DNA of 64,000 nt from an uncultured delta proteobacterium (GTDB lineage: Bacteria > Desulfobacterota > Binatia > UBA9968), in assembly GCA_963755715.1 (NCBI GenBank), contig CAVWLW010000043.1:64001-128000 (forward strand). The letters are read 5' to 3'. The position numbers were made by a program, and so were the translations under genes. How positions within the stretch are numbered: the stretch's first letter is position 1; every line of letters starts with the position of its first letter. Shown in pieces: positions 40,177 to 50,997 of this stretch. The notes beneath the pieces were generated by a model. It did no database searches and had not been told where the DNA came from. It worked only from the letters and a program-made list of their open reading frames with translations.

Positions 40177-40196
40177 GTAAGTAAAGATTTACTAAT
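40177..40196. promoter_or_regulatory. Second copy of the palindromic TetR operator
   Basis: GTAAGTAAAGATTTACTAAT; 14/20 identity with 39449-39468. Confidence 0.55.
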
Positions 40197-40225
40197 CGAT
40201 CTTTGGCGATCGATACGGAGGAGTC

Positions 40226-40652
40226 ATGATACTGAAGGGTGCTAATGACAATGGCCCGGCGCAACGGACTGCCGGTCTCGATGAAAGAATTGGTTCGCTG
40301 TTTCAACCCGATACGCTATTGGGTGAGGATTATGCCGCGAATTTCCGGCGCAAGCTGCCGCTCGAAGCGGAGCGGACTTTGTTGCTCGCGGTTCTCGAAG
40401 ACGGCATTCGCTGTTATCAGGAAAATATCCACGTGACGGGCGGGAAAAGGCGAACGCTCTTCGAGGAAGCGCGCGAGTGGCTCTTTAGCGACGACGCGGA
40501 CTGGTTCTGTTCGTTCGTGTCGATCTGTACGATGCTCAATCTCGAACCTACCTACATCCGGCGCGGCCTGCGCCAGTGGGAAGCGCGGCTGCGCAAGCCG
40601 GCGCATAAAATCTCAGGGAGCCGCCGAGACCGATCAACGCCTCGTGGCGTGA
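40226..40652 (+). CDS. Conserved-looking hypothetical protein; probable 3' frameshift
   Basis: RBS GGAGGAG; ERTLLLAVLEDGIRCYQ...EAREWL...SFVSICTMLNLEPTYIRRGL; likely stop TGA at 40650. Confidence 0.65.
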
Positions 40653-40691
40653 AGTTGACAGATTTACTGCCAGACGGGAGACGCGCCCGGC

Positions 40692-41834
40692 ATGACTGTC
40701 CGATCTGCGCTGCTGGGGCTGGCCCTGATTTTTGCCGGTCTTGCGGCGTGCAATAAAAAGCCGGAGGCGAATTTCGAACGTCCGCCGGCTCCGGTCACCG
40801 TTGCCAGGGCCGTTGCCCGGGATGTGCCCGTTTATATCGACGCGGTGGGTAAAACGGTGGCGCGCGAGGTGGTATCGGTCCAACCGCAGGTTTCCGGGCG
40901 CATCACGCAGATTCACTTCACAGACGGCGCCAACGTTAAGATCGGCGACCTCCTTTTCACGATCGATCCCCGGCCTTATCAAGCCCAGCTAAACCAAGCC
41001 GAGGCCAACGTCGCTCAAGCCGAAGCCGCGCTCAGCTTGGCTAAGGTTAACTTCGCGCGAGTGGAGAAGGTCAGCGATCCGCGCGCCGTTTCAAGACAAG
41101 ATTTCGACGCTAGGAAAAGCGCGGTGGAAAGCGCGGAGGCGACGCTCAAACAAAATCGCGCGGCCGTGGAGAACGCGCGCTTGAATTTGGAATACTGCAC
41201 CATTCGCTCGCCGATCAACGGCCGCGCCGGGCAAAGAGCCGTCGATGTCGGCAATGTCGTGTCAGCGAATAATGGTTCGCTTCTGGTGATCCAGCGGCTC
41301 GATCCGATTTACGCCGACTTCACGGTGACCGAAAGTGAACTGAGCGGCGTGCAGCGCAATATGGCGAAACAGGCGTTGAAAGTTGAAGTCCGTTTGCCTG
41401 ACGACGGCACGGAGCCGCGCGAAGGAAAGCTGACTTTTCTCGATAACTCCGTCCAAGAAGGCTCAGGTACCGTCAAACTGCGGGCTACACTTAACAACAA
41501 CGATCGGAGTTTTTGGCCGGGCCGGTTCGTCAAGGTTCGTCTGATTTTACAAACTCAGCGCGATGCGGTCCTAGTGCCGGCGGATGCGCCGCAGTTGTCG
41601 GCGAAAGGTCCATTTGTTTACGTTGTTAAACCGGATTCGAGCGCGGAGTTGCGGCCGGTCAAAGTCGGGCAGCGGCAAGAAGACCTCATTGTCATTAAAG
41701 ACGGGCTCAAAGCGGATGAGCGTGTGGTGGTGAGCGGCCAACTCGGTGTCACCCCGGGTGGAAAAGTGCGCGTGTTACAACCAACGGATCCGGCGAAAGC
41801 TGCGCCGTCTGCAAATCCTCCGGCAAAGTCGTGA
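40692..41834 (+). CDS. RND efflux membrane fusion lipoprotein (MdtA-like)
   Basis: Lipobox LAAC; IDPRPYQAQL, IRSPINGRAG, WPGRFV. Confidence 0.9.
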   Translation: MTVRSALLGLALIFAGLAACNKKPEANFERPPAPVTVARAVARDVPVYIDAVGKTVAREVVSVQPQVSGRITQIHFTDGANVKIGDLLFTIDPRPYQAQLNQAEANVAQAEAALSLAKVNFARVEKVSDPRAVSRQDFDARKSAVESAEATLKQNRAAVENARLNLEYCTIRSPINGRAGQRAVDVGNVVSANNGSLLVIQRLDPIYADFTVTESELSGVQRNMAKQALKVEVRLPDDGTEPREGKLTFLDNSVQEGSGTVKLRATLNNNDRSFWPGRFVKVRLILQTQRDAVLVPADAPQLSAKGPFVYVVKPDSSAELRPVKVGQRQEDLIVIKDGLKADERVVVSGQLGVTPGGKVRVLQPTDPAKAAPSANPPAKS

Positions 41835-44800
41835 ATTTTTCCGAACCGTTTGTGCGCCGGCCGGTCATGACCTCGGTCTTGACCGTGGCGGTGATTCTCT
41901 TCGGTGTCCTCAGTTACTTTCGTTTGCCGGTAAACGATCTGCCGGCGGTGGATTATCCGGTCATCCAGGTTCAGGCGGATTATCCCGGCGCGAGCCCCGA
42001 GACCGTCGCTAATAACATCGCCACGCCGCTCGAGCGCCAGTTCATGCAAATCAACGGCTTGGAGCTCGTGACTTCCAAGAGCACTCAAGGGCACACCAGC
42101 CTCACGCTCCAGTTCGGTCTGAGCAAAAGCATCGACGCCGCGGCGACCGACGTGCAGACCGCGATTTCTCAAGCCACCGGCAGTCTGCCGGTGGATCTAC
42201 CGTCGCCGCCGACGTTTTCCAAGACCAATCCCAACGACCAACCGATCATGTATATCGCGCTCACCAGCGATTCGGTGACGCGCGGCCAACTTTACGATTA
42301 CGGCAGCACGCAAATCGGCCAGCGCATCAGCATCCTGCCGGGCGTATCCCGGGTGTCGGTTTTCGGCACCAAGTCGGCTATTCGCATCAAAGCCGATCCT
42401 TCGGCCATGTGGGCGCGCGGCATTTCCATCGACGATTTGTCCGCGGCGATCAAGAGTGGCACGAGTTACACCGGCGCGGGACAATTCGACGCCGGCAGCG
42501 GCACCACGCTGTTGCGGCCCCAGGGGCAGCTCGACAGCGCGCAGGCGTACAGCGATCTGATCGTCGGCTCGACCCACGGCGCGCCGGTTTATCTGCGCGA
42601 TGTCGCCACGGTGCGCGACTCGGTTCAGGACGAGCGGCTGAACATGCGCTTCTGGGCACGCGGTTACCCCGTGCCCGGCGCCACGGTGGTGCTGGCGGTC
42701 TTTCGTCAAGCCGGCGCCAACGCCGTGGAGGTGGCCAACAGCATCCGAGGTCTGCTGCCGCACATCAGCGCCGAGTTGCCGGGATCGGTGCGCATCACGC
42801 CGCTCTACGACCGCTCGCGCGGCATCGTCAACTCGGTCAACGACGTCCAGGAAACGCTGGCCATCGCATTTGTCTTGGTCGTGTTGGTCATTTTTGTGTT
42901 TCTCGGCCGAGCCACCGATACGCTCATTCCCGCCGTGGCCTTGCCGATATCGCTTTTGTTGACCTTCGTCGCCATGGGACTGCTGGGTTACAGTCTGGAT
43001 AATCTTTCGCTGATGGCGCTGACCTTGGCGATTGGCTTTCTGGTGGACGACGCCATCGTGTTTCTGGAAAACACGGTGCGCCGCATGGAGCGCGGCGAAC
43101 GGGCGCTCGAAGCGACGATTCACAGCGCCAAAGAAATCAGCTTCACGATTCTCTCCATGACCATATCGCTGGCGGCGGTTTTTATTCCGCTGGTGTTCAT
43201 GTCCGGACTGGTGGGGCGCATCTTCCGCGAGTTCGCGATCACCATCGTTGTGGCGATCATGGCGTCGGGCTTGGTTTCTTTGACCTTGACCCCGCTCATG
43301 TGCGCGCGGCTGCTCAAAGAACGCGGCGAGGGTTCCAGGCACACCTGGATGGAGCGCGTTATCGGCGCCTGGGAAAAACGCGTCCTCAGCGGCTATGGCA
43401 AATATTTGACCTGGTTCCTCGAACACCGTTGGATCTCGACGCTCGTGTGGGTGGCGTGTTTAGCGGGCACGGTTTGGTTTTTTATCATCGTGCCCAAGGC
43501 ATTCTTGCCGCCGGGCGACAGTAGCGTCGTGACCGGTGTCTTCATCGCCCGGGAAGGCTCTTCGCCTGAGCAGATGGCCGGCATTCAGGAGCGAGTCGAC
43601 GAAGTGCTGCTGAAGAACCCCAATGTCATGGCGAGTATCGAAGTCACCGGGCTCAGCCAATTCATCGCCTCGAACCAGGGCATCATGTTTACTTTTCTAA
43701 AGCCGCCAGGCGATCGCCCGCCGATTCAGGAAGAAGCCGGCAAGATGATGGGCAATATCGCTTCGATACCGGGCGTGATGGCGTTTTTGCGACCGTTTCC
43801 CGTGCTCGAGATCAGCACCGGCGCGACCAATCAGAATCAAGGGCAATACGCTTTTTCGGTTTCCGGCGTAAATCCGCAGCAGGTCTACGACGCGAGCGAG
43901 AAGCTCCTGGCCAAGTTGCGCACGTTTCCGGGATTTCTCACGGTGCAGTCGGACTATTACAACAACACGCCGAATCTCGATATCGCCATCCAGCGCGAGC
44001 AGGCCAAGATCAACGGCGTCTCCGAAGCGCGCATATTGGCGCTTTTGCGCAACGCCTACTCGCAGAATTATCTCTACCTCATCAAGAAACCGGCGGATCA
44101 ATATCAGGTGATTCTGGAAGCGCAGGACAGCGCGCGCGAAACCTCCGGATGATCTGTCTTTGCTTTACATCAAATCGGACGACGGCAAGCGTCTCGTGCC
44201 GCTGAACTCGCTGGTCACTTGGAAATCGACGATCGGACCCCAGGCGGTCAATCATCTCAATCAGTTCACCAGCGTCACCTTGAACTTCAATCTCAAGCCC
44301 GGCGTCGCCATCGGTGATGCCACCGATTTCATCACACGGGCCGCCGCTGAAGTCGTGCCGCCGACCCTGCGCGCCGATCTGCAAGGCGAGGCGCTGACGT
44401 TTCGCGATACTGTTCGAGACCTGACAGTCTTGATGGTGTTAGCAGTATTCGTCATGTACGTGATCTTGGCAATTCTCTACGAAAGCTATCTTCATCCGCT
44501 GACCGTGCTCTCGACGTTGCCTACGGCCTTGGTCGGCGGGCTCGCGACGCTTTATTTTTTTGGCGAACAGGCTTCGCTCTACGCATTCGTTGGCATGTTC
44601 ATGTTGATGGGCATCGTCAAAAAGAACGGCATCATGATCGTCGATTTTGCGCTGCAGCGCGTTGACCTCGGCGAATCCGCCGAGAAGGCCATCCACGACG
44701 CCAGCATGGATCGCTTCCGGCCGATCCTGATGACAACTCTCGCGGCGGTGTTCGGCGCGATACCGATCGCGCTCGGCTTCGGCGCCGACGGCGCGTCACG

Positions 44801-44978
44801 CCGGCCGCTCGGTCTGGTCATTGTCGGCGGATTGATCGTTTCCCAATTCATCACCCTCTTCATCACGCCGGTCATTTACCTCTATCTCGAAGAGTTCCAG
44901 GAAAAAGTATTGAATCGGACCTCGTTCTTCCGCTCGGAGCACGGCCGCCGCCAAGCCAAGCTCGATTCGCAGCCGTAA
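41831..44978 (+). CDS. RND efflux permease (MdtB/C-like); frameshift near 44145
   Basis: FVRRPVMT, PGASPETVA, GFLVDDAIV, GIVKKNGIMIVDFA, RFRPILMTT. Confidence 0.9.
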
Positions 44979-45101
44979 ACGTCATGATCCGCCTCGCTCG
45001 CGCGCCTACGTCAAAGCCGAGCGAAAAACCAGATCCGCGCTGATTCTTACGTTGCGGCCATGGCGTTCGATGCTTTCGAGCGTGTCTTGCATTGTTTCAG
45101 T

Positions 45102-45129
45102 GGAAACTGTAAATACTTTTCAAGTTTCC
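45102..45129. promoter_or_regulatory. Palindromic operator upstream of the second TetR
   Basis: GGAAACT-N14-AGTTTCC, 10 nt before the ATG. Confidence 0.5.
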
Positions 45130-45138
45130 TACGTTTTT

Positions 45139-45798
45139 ATGAAGGCCCGATCCACGATAGGTTCCCGTCGAGCTGCGCCGGAGCGCGCGACCGCCGCCGC
45201 AGCGCAGCGGATCGTCACGGCGGCGCGCCAGCATTTTTTCGCGCACGGCTTTCGCGGCGTGACGATGGACGATCTGGCCGAAGAGCTCGGCATGAGCAAA
45301 AAGACGCTTTACGCCGAGTTTGCCGGCAAGGCGGCGCTTTTGCGCGCCGTGCTGCTCGATAAATTCCGCAGCGTGGAAACGGACCTCGATTCCATCATGG
45401 CGCGATGCTCAGCCGATGCTTTGGCCGCGCTCCAGCAACTGCTCGCCTGCATGCAGCGCCACACCGAGGAAATTCAGCCCCCGTTCGTGCGCGATATACG
45501 GCGTGAAGCGCCGGAGCTGTTCAAGCTCGTGGAGGAACGGCGGCGCGCAATGATTCAACGCTATTTTGGCAAAATCTTCGATGAGGGGCGCGCCGCCGGC
45601 ATCATTCGCTCGGACGTTTCGACGGAGTTGATCGTCGAGATCTTGTTGAGCGCAGTGCAAGCGATCATGAATCCGACCAAGATGGACGAGCTCGGTCTCG
45701 AGCCGAAAACCGGCTACAGCGCGATTATCGGAATACTTCTGGACGGCGTGATCACCAAGAAGGGCAGGGCGAAAGGATTTCGCTTCGGCGCGCGTTGA
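45139..45798 (+). CDS. TetR/AcrR family regulator
   Basis: FFAHGFRGVTMDDLAEELGMSKKTLY. Confidence 0.9.
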   Translation: MKARSTIGSRRAAPERATAAAAQRIVTAARQHFFAHGFRGVTMDDLAEELGMSKKTLYAEFAGKAALLRAVLLDKFRSVETDLDSIMARCSADALAALQQLLACMQRHTEEIQPPFVRDIRREAPELFKLVEERRRAMIQRYFGKIFDEGRAAGIIRSDVSTELIVEILLSAVQAIMNPTKMDELGLEPKTGYSAIIGILLDGVITKKGRAKGFRFGAR

Positions 45799-45826
45799 TC
45801 GGCGCGTTCCGAAGATGAGGGGGTTC

Positions 45827-46873
45827 ATGAAACGCAAGTTTTGGATTCCAGCCTTGATCGTCGTCGTCGCCGTGGCCGGATTGACCTGGTGGCTGATGCA
45901 GCGCCGCGGCGCCGATCGCGAACTGGTGCTCTACGGCAACATCGATCTTAGACAGGTTCAACTCGCGTTCAACAACAGCGAGCGCATCGCCGCGGTATTG
46001 GTCCAGGAGGGCGACCACGTCAAGCAGGGCCAGGTGCTGGCGCGCTTGGATACCAGCCGCCTCGAACCGCAGGTTGCCCAGGTGACAGCGCAAGCGGCGG
46101 CGCAGCAGCAAGTCGTAACCCGGCTGAGAAACGGCAGCCGGCCGGAAGAGGTCGCGCAGGCGCGCGCCAATGTCGAGTCGGCCAAGGCCGATCTCGTCAA
46201 CGCGCAGCGGCAATACGAGCGGCTGAAAAACGCCGCGGAATTATCCGGCGGCCGGGCCGTGCGCCAACAGGACGTCGACGCCGCCAAAGCTACGTTGGAA
46301 GTTGCCGTAGCAAAGCTGGCGGTGAACCAAAAGGCCCTCGATTTATCGGTGCTCGGCCCGCGCAAGGAAGATATCGCGGAAAACGAAGCGCGCCTTCGCG
46401 CCAACGAAGCGCAGGCCGCGCTATTGCGCCAGCAATTGGCTGATTCTCAGCTGATCGCACCGACGAATGCCGTCGTGCGCACGCGCATCATGGAGCCGGG
46501 CGAGATGGCGACCCCGCAAAATCCGGTGTTTTCTTTGGCCATTACCGATCCCAAGTGGGTGCGAGCTTACGTCTCGGAACCGGATTTGGGCAAAATCCAC
46601 CCCGGGATGGCTGCCACGATCGGCGTAGATAGTTTCCCAAAGCGCGGCTTCGATGGTTGGATCGGTTTTATTTCGCCAGTCGCTGAGTTCACGCCCAAAG
46701 CGGTGCAGACCGAGGAACTGCGCACTAGCCTGGTTTACGAAGTGCGTGTGTTCGTCAAGGACCCTAAGGACGAGCTGCGTCTGGGCATGCCGGCGAGCGT
46801 GTATTTTCTGAAGAATCAATCGAGCCGTCGCGCTGCGCCGGCGGGCGATTCAATGACTGAGACAAACCGCTGA
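45827..46873 (+). CDS. HlyD-family secretion protein (YbhG-like)
   Basis: LYGNIDLRQV, GFISPVAEFTPKAVQTEELRTSLVYEVR. Confidence 0.9.
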   Translation: MKRKFWIPALIVVVAVAGLTWWLMQRRGADRELVLYGNIDLRQVQLAFNNSERIAAVLVQEGDHVKQGQVLARLDTSRLEPQVAQVTAQAAAQQQVVTRLRNGSRPEEVAQARANVESAKADLVNAQRQYERLKNAAELSGGRAVRQQDVDAAKATLEVAVAKLAVNQKALDLSVLGPRKEDIAENEARLRANEAQAALLRQQLADSQLIAPTNAVVRTRIMEPGEMATPQNPVFSLAITDPKWVRAYVSEPDLGKIHPGMAATIGVDSFPKRGFDGWIGFISPVAEFTPKAVQTEELRTSLVYEVRVFVKDPKDELRLGMPASVYFLKNQSSRRAAPAGDSMTETNR

Positions 46874-46885
46874 AGAGAAGGCGCG

Positions 46886-48678
46886 ATGAGTGGAGAGGAG
46901 AAAAAAGCCGCGGCGCTTTTGGGCCGCGGTATCGAGAAAATATTTAAGCGCAACGGCGACGAGATCGTTCGGGCGCTCGATGATGTCTCGCTTGAGGTTC
47001 AAGCCGGCACACTGACCGCGCTCGTGGGGCCGGACGGCGCAGGTAAAACCACACTGATTCGTCTCGCCGCCGGGTTGATGACTGCCGACGCCGGTGAATT
47101 GAGGGTATTGGGGATCGACGTGAGCGCAGAGCCGCAGCACGTTCAAGACCGGATCGGTTACATGCCGCAGAAATTCGGTTTGTATGAAGACCTGAGCGTT
47201 CAAGAGAACCTCGATCTCTATGCGGATTTGCACGGCATCAGCGCTGAAGATCGGGCGCAGGCTTATCCGCGGCTGATGGAGATGACGGCGCTTGGCTCAT
47301 TTACGCAACGATTGGCCGGTCGGTTGTCAGGCGGCATGAAACAGAAACTTGGACTTGCTTGCACGCTGGTTTCGCGACCGGAGCTCCTGCTGCTCGATGA
47401 GCCGACCGTCGGTGTCGATCCGTTATCGCGCCGGGAGCTGTGGGAAATCATTCTGCAACTTGTCGATGAACAAAAGCTGACTGTGCTGCTGAGCACCTCC
47501 TATCTCGATGAAGCCGAGCGCTGCGGCCAAGTGAGCGTCATGCACCGCGGTAAAGTGCTGGCGGCGGGAAGCCCCGATGACATCAGTCGGCTGGCGGCCG
47601 GTCGTGTGTTTCTCGCCGACCCACCCCCCGGCCGAAAGGCCAGGGAATTTCAAGCACAACTGCTGGATCGCCCGGATATCGTCGATGCCGTGCCCGCGGG
47701 CGGCCAAGTGCGTTTTGTTCGATCCGAAAACGGTAGTGGGACGCAAGGCGACGAGATATTCGCTGGAGCATCGATTACCGCGGCAGCGCCTCGGTTCGAA
47801 GACGGCTTCATGGTGTTGTTGCATCGGACGGGCGCGCCGCGGGAATCCGTCGGCGCGATGACGCTGACGACCGCACTTGAGCCAGAATCGCGACGGCACG
47901 GCGGTGCAGGTGCGCGACTTGGTCCGCCAATTCGGCGCCTTCACGGCCGTGGATCATATTAGTTTCGACGTTCAACGCGGCGAGATCTTCGGTCTGCTCG
48001 GTCCCAACGGCGCAGGCAAGACGACGACGTTCCGCATGCTTTGCGGTCTGTTGCCGGCGTCGAGCGGCACGCTGCGCGTCGCCGGCATGGATTTACGCCG
48101 GGCGCGCGCCTCGGCGCGCCAGCGGATCGGTTACGTCGCGCAAAAGTTTTCACTCTATGGCCAGCTCACGGTGGCCGAGAATTTGGAATTTTTCGCCAGC
48201 GCGTACAGCCTGCGCGGCGACAAGAAGAAAAGCCGCATCGATTGGGCGATACGGCAATTCGATCTCGGCGAGTTTATCGATTTGGCCAGCGGCGATTTAC
48301 CGGGCGGTTTCAAGCAGCGCTTGGCGATGGCTGCCGCGCTGTTGCATGAACCCGAGCTGCTCTTTCTCGATGAGCCGACCAGCGGCGCCGATCCGTTGGC
48401 GCGGCGCGAGTTTTGGCGCCGCATCACGGCGCTTGCCGCAACAAGGCGTCACCGTCGTGGTGACCACGCACTTCATGGAAGAAGCCGAGTATTGCGACCG
48501 GGTTGCGATCATGGACGCGGGTCGGGTGTTGGCGCAAGGCACGCCCGCGGAGATTCGCGCGCGCGCGCGCTCGGATCAAAGGCGCGAGCCAAACATGGAA
48601 GACGCGTTTATCGCGGTGGTGGAGGCCGCTCGCGCAGAAGAGGCGCTGCGACGCGCTTCTTCGCGGGGAGTCGCATGA
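46886..48678 (+). CDS. Dual-ATPase ABC protein (YbhF-like), frameshifted
   Basis: GPDGAGKTT/LSGGMKQKL and GPNGAGKTT/LPGGFKQRL; TTHFMEEAEYCDR. Confidence 0.85.
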
Positions 48679-49829
48679 TGTTCGGAACCGGGAAAAAACA
48701 GCGTCTAGCATCGGCCAAACTGCATCGCATTGGCTCTCTGATTCGCAAGGAGGCGCGCCAGATCGTGCGCGATCCGAGCAGCATCGCCATGGGCATTGTC
48801 TTGCCGGTCATGTTGATTCTGTTATTCGGCTACGGCTTGTCGCTGGACGTGACTGAGGTGCCGGTGGCCGTCGTCCTAGAAGATCCATCACCTGCGGCGA
48901 CAGAATTGGCTGCCAGTTTTCAGTTGTCGCATTATTTCGACGCCCGGTTGATGACCTCTATGACGCAGCGCTCAGGAACTCATGCTGTCGCGTAAAGTAG
49001 ACGGCATCGTGCGCATTCGGCCGGATTTTTCCCGCTCTTTGAGTCTCGGCAACGCCGAGGTGCAAGTTCTCGTGCATGGCGTCGATGCCAATCACGCGCG
49101 CATCATTCAAGCCTATGCCCAGGGCGCGATCGGGCAGTGGGCGGCGCGCCGCTCGGCTGAGGGCTTTGCGATCGCCAGCGGCCCGGTGCGTCGTGCAAAG
49201 CCGCATGTGGTTCAACGAAGTCAACGAGAGCCGCTATTTCTTGGTGCCGGGTCTGATCGTTTTGATCATGACGTTGATCGGCGCCTTGCTCACGGCGCTG
49301 GTGATGGCGCGCGAATGGGAGCGCGGCACGTTGGAGGCTTTGTTCGTGACGCCGGTGCGCACGGATGAAATCCTGCTCGGCAAGACGATTCCCTATTTCG
49401 TCCTCGGCGTCATCGGTCTCGTGCTGTGCCTGCTGGCTGCCAAGTTTCTTTTCTCCGTGCCGTTTCGCGGTTCGCTGGCTATGCTGACCGCGGCTTCGAT
49501 GCTGTACTTGCTCGTCGCCCTCGGCATCGGCCTGTTGATTTCCTCGACGGTAAAAAGCCAGTTCGTGGCGAGCCAAATCACTGTGTTGGTCACTTTTTTG
49601 CCGGCGGTGATGTTATCCGGTTTTCTCTTCGATCTGCGCAGCATGCCGGTGCTGGTGCGGCTGATGACCTATGCGCTGCCGGCGCGCTACTACGTCGCGC
49701 TGCTGCAAACGATTTTTCTCGCCGGCGATATCTGGGCGGTGATTTTGCCGAACATGGCCGTGCTCGCCGGCATGGCCGCCGCGTTAGTGCTGTTGACGTA
49801 CCGGGCGACGCGGAAGACGCTTGGCTTGA
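48675..49829 (+). CDS. ABC-2 permease (YbhS-like), frameshifted
   Basis: KEARQIVRDPSS, SRYFLVPG, AREWERGTLEAL. Confidence 0.85.
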
Positions 49830-49838
49830 GACAAGAAT

Positions 49839-50957
49839 ATGCTCGAAGCTTTTTTTCGCATTCTGGCGCTGACCCGCAAAGAATTGCTGCAGATCTTCAA
49901 GGACCCGCGCAGCCGCTACAGCTTGTTGATCCCGCCGATCTTGCAGTGCCTGATTTACGGTTACGTGGCGACCTACGATTTGAACGATGTTCCCTATGCA
50001 GTATTGGATCAAGATCGCAGCGCGGCTTCGCAAAAATTGCTGGCGGCGTTGGACGGCTCCGGCGTGTTTCACCGGGTTGCCAACCTCGAGCGCGCCGCGG
50101 ACGTGCGCAGAACTATCGATGAGCGGCGCGCTTTATTGGTGTTACAAATTCATCAGGATTTCGAGCGCCGGCTCATGTCCGGCCAGCCGGCCGACCTGCA
50201 AGTGATCGCCGATGGCAGAAACTCCAACACCGCGGGTACGGCCATCGGTTATATCGGCACGATCATCGAGTCGTTCAATGCCGCTTGGCGCAACGAGCGC
50301 GGCCAACCGGGCGCGCCGGTTCGGCTGACGACGCGCGCATGGTACAATCCCAACCTGGAGACGCGCTGGCATATGATTCCGGCTTTGATCGGCACGCTCA
50401 CGTTCGTACAAACTCTAATGCTGACCGGTTTGTCGGTGGCGCGCGAGCGCGAGCAGGGTACTTTCGATCAGTTGCTGGTGACGCCTTTCCGGCCCGTTGA
50501 GATCATGGCCGGCAAGGCATTGCCGGCGATGTTTGTCGGCATCGTTCAGGCGACCTTGGTGTTGCTCGTGGCGCAGCTCTGGTTTCGCATTCCATTCGCC
50601 GGCTCGTTCATCACGCTGTACGCGGGCTTGAGCGTGTTTCTACTCGCGGCGGTCGGCATGGGCCTGCTGTTATCGTCGGTGGCCGCCACCATGCAGCAGG
50701 CGATGCTGCTGTCATTTTTATTGATCATGCCTTTTGCGCTGCTGTCGGGGCTGACGACTCCCGTCAGCAGCATGCCGGTATTTCTCCAGTATGTGACGCT
50801 GATCAATCCATTGCGCTACGCGATCGATATCGCCCACCGGGTTTATCTCGAAGGAGTGGGTTTGGGTTTGTTAGTCCCCGAGTTGTGGCCCCTGGCGGTT
50901 ATCGCTTTGGTGACGTTAAGTGGCGCGTCTTGGATGTTTCGCCATCGACTCGCTTAG
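49839..50957 (+). CDS. ABC-2 permease (YbhR-like)
   Basis: DGRNSNTA, WYNPNLE, AREREQGTFDQLLVTP. Confidence 0.9.
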   Translation: MLEAFFRILALTRKELLQIFKDPRSRYSLLIPPILQCLIYGYVATYDLNDVPYAVLDQDRSAASQKLLAALDGSGVFHRVANLERAADVRRTIDERRALLVLQIHQDFERRLMSGQPADLQVIADGRNSNTAGTAIGYIGTIIESFNAAWRNERGQPGAPVRLTTRAWYNPNLETRWHMIPALIGTLTFVQTLMLTGLSVAREREQGTFDQLLVTPFRPVEIMAGKALPAMFVGIVQATLVLLVAQLWFRIPFAGSFITLYAGLSVFLLAAVGMGLLLSSVAATMQQAMLLSFLLIMPFALLSGLTTPVSSMPVFLQYVTLINPLRYAIDIAHRVYLEGVGLGLLVPELWPLAVIALVTLSGASWMFRHRLA

Positions 50958-50997
50958 CGCGTCGGATCGATCATCGATGAGAAGGAAGCTCGAAGTT

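Noticed and set aside
42197-43426. Long antisense ORFs (also 52666-53688, 21296-22057, 35461-36237)
   Set aside because: Shadow ORFs opposite well-supported genes in high-GC DNA; no motifs.
47877-50122. Apparent ATPase-permease chimeric ORFs in the Ybh-like operon
   Set aside because: Explained by frameshifts in standard YbhF/YbhS-like genes.
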